Source of the DNA: Eledone cirrhosa
Lineage: Eukaryota
Direction: 5' to 3'
Length of the DNA: 64,000 bases
Assembly (NCBI GenBank): GCA_964016885.1
Contig: OZ024747.1
Coordinates: 17,794,001 to 17,858,000, forward strand
Positions within the stretch are counted from its first letter, which is position 1. Each line of letters opens with the position of its first letter. Below the pieces are notes generated by a model. That model saw nothing but the letters and a program-made list of their open reading frames with translations. It was not told the origin of the DNA and ran no database searches. Position numbers and translations under genes: made by a program. Shown piece by piece: positions 63,362-64,000 of the stretch.

Positions 63362-63727
63362 CCCTTTAGCATTTACATTACTCTATATATAATATTGTAT
63401 TTTCGTAGTAAAAGCTTTACCTCACATTATTATGTCACATAATATCGAATCTACAAGATTTTAATATTATTCATTTTGAGAACAATACCTTAACATAAGT
63501 ATAAGTGACCAGTTACAGTCGATTAGAACAGAGGGGGGTGAGAGAATTCTGGCCGGATACTGCCGATTTAAATGCTAATGGGTTAAGGATACTTTCCTTA
63601 AGATTTTAATATTATTTATTTTGAGAACAATACCTTAACATAAGTATAAGTAGCCAGTTAGAGCCGGTTAGAACAGAGAGTGGTGAGAGACTTCTGACCG
63701 GATACAGACGGTTTAAATGCTAAAGGG
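63362..63727. mobile_element. piggyBac-like MITE with duplicated right half
   Basis: TTAA|CCCTTTAGCATTTA ... TAAATGCTAATGGG|TTAA (63582), and a second right end TAAATGCTAAAGGG|TTAA (63727). Confidence 0.75.
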
Positions 63728-64000
63728 TTAAGGATACTGTCCTTGCTCCCTCCCAGCAATCTCGGTGAAAAGAGTCATGGGCACTGCTCTAGCCTCTTTA
63801 ACTAAGCAGTAAAAACATATTTTAAAATATTCATTATGGCGATGGATTGGGATAATCGTTAGAGAGCCGGATAAAATGCTCCTAGATCACGCTTTGAGAG
63901 AGATATATGCCGGCCTCCCTCGCATATCTGTCGTTGTACGTAAAAGAAGAGTAAGATTTTCTGGCCACTGCCATCGTGCCACCTACGAGGCTGTATCCCT

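Overview
AT-rich eukaryotic (animal) DNA. The abundant tRNA-derived SINE family and very long (TA)n/(CA)n arrays suggest a cephalopod such as octopus; this is an inference. No host protein-coding gene can be established, and most ORF-track entries are microsatellite translations. The window contains: (1) a near full-length, decayed Tx1/L1-group LINE (minus strand, 16014-21894) abutting the (ATT)n tail of a truncated sister copy, plus an internally deleted relative near 50-51 kb; (2) two non-autonomous Helitrons in a (TA)n array, one retaining a spliced, open mini-gene for the STPR-repeat N-terminus of RepHel; (3) at least eight type I hammerhead ribozyme motifs between 7.5 and 10.8 kb, in four different-looking repeat units embedded in (TA)n arrays. 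One is a 591-bp tandem unit with a compensatory U3-A8 core arranged as an 802-bp fold-back (retrozyme/Penelope-like architecture). The rest is roughly 30 SINE copies and fragments, several MITEs, and RTE, R4/Dong and hAT fragments.
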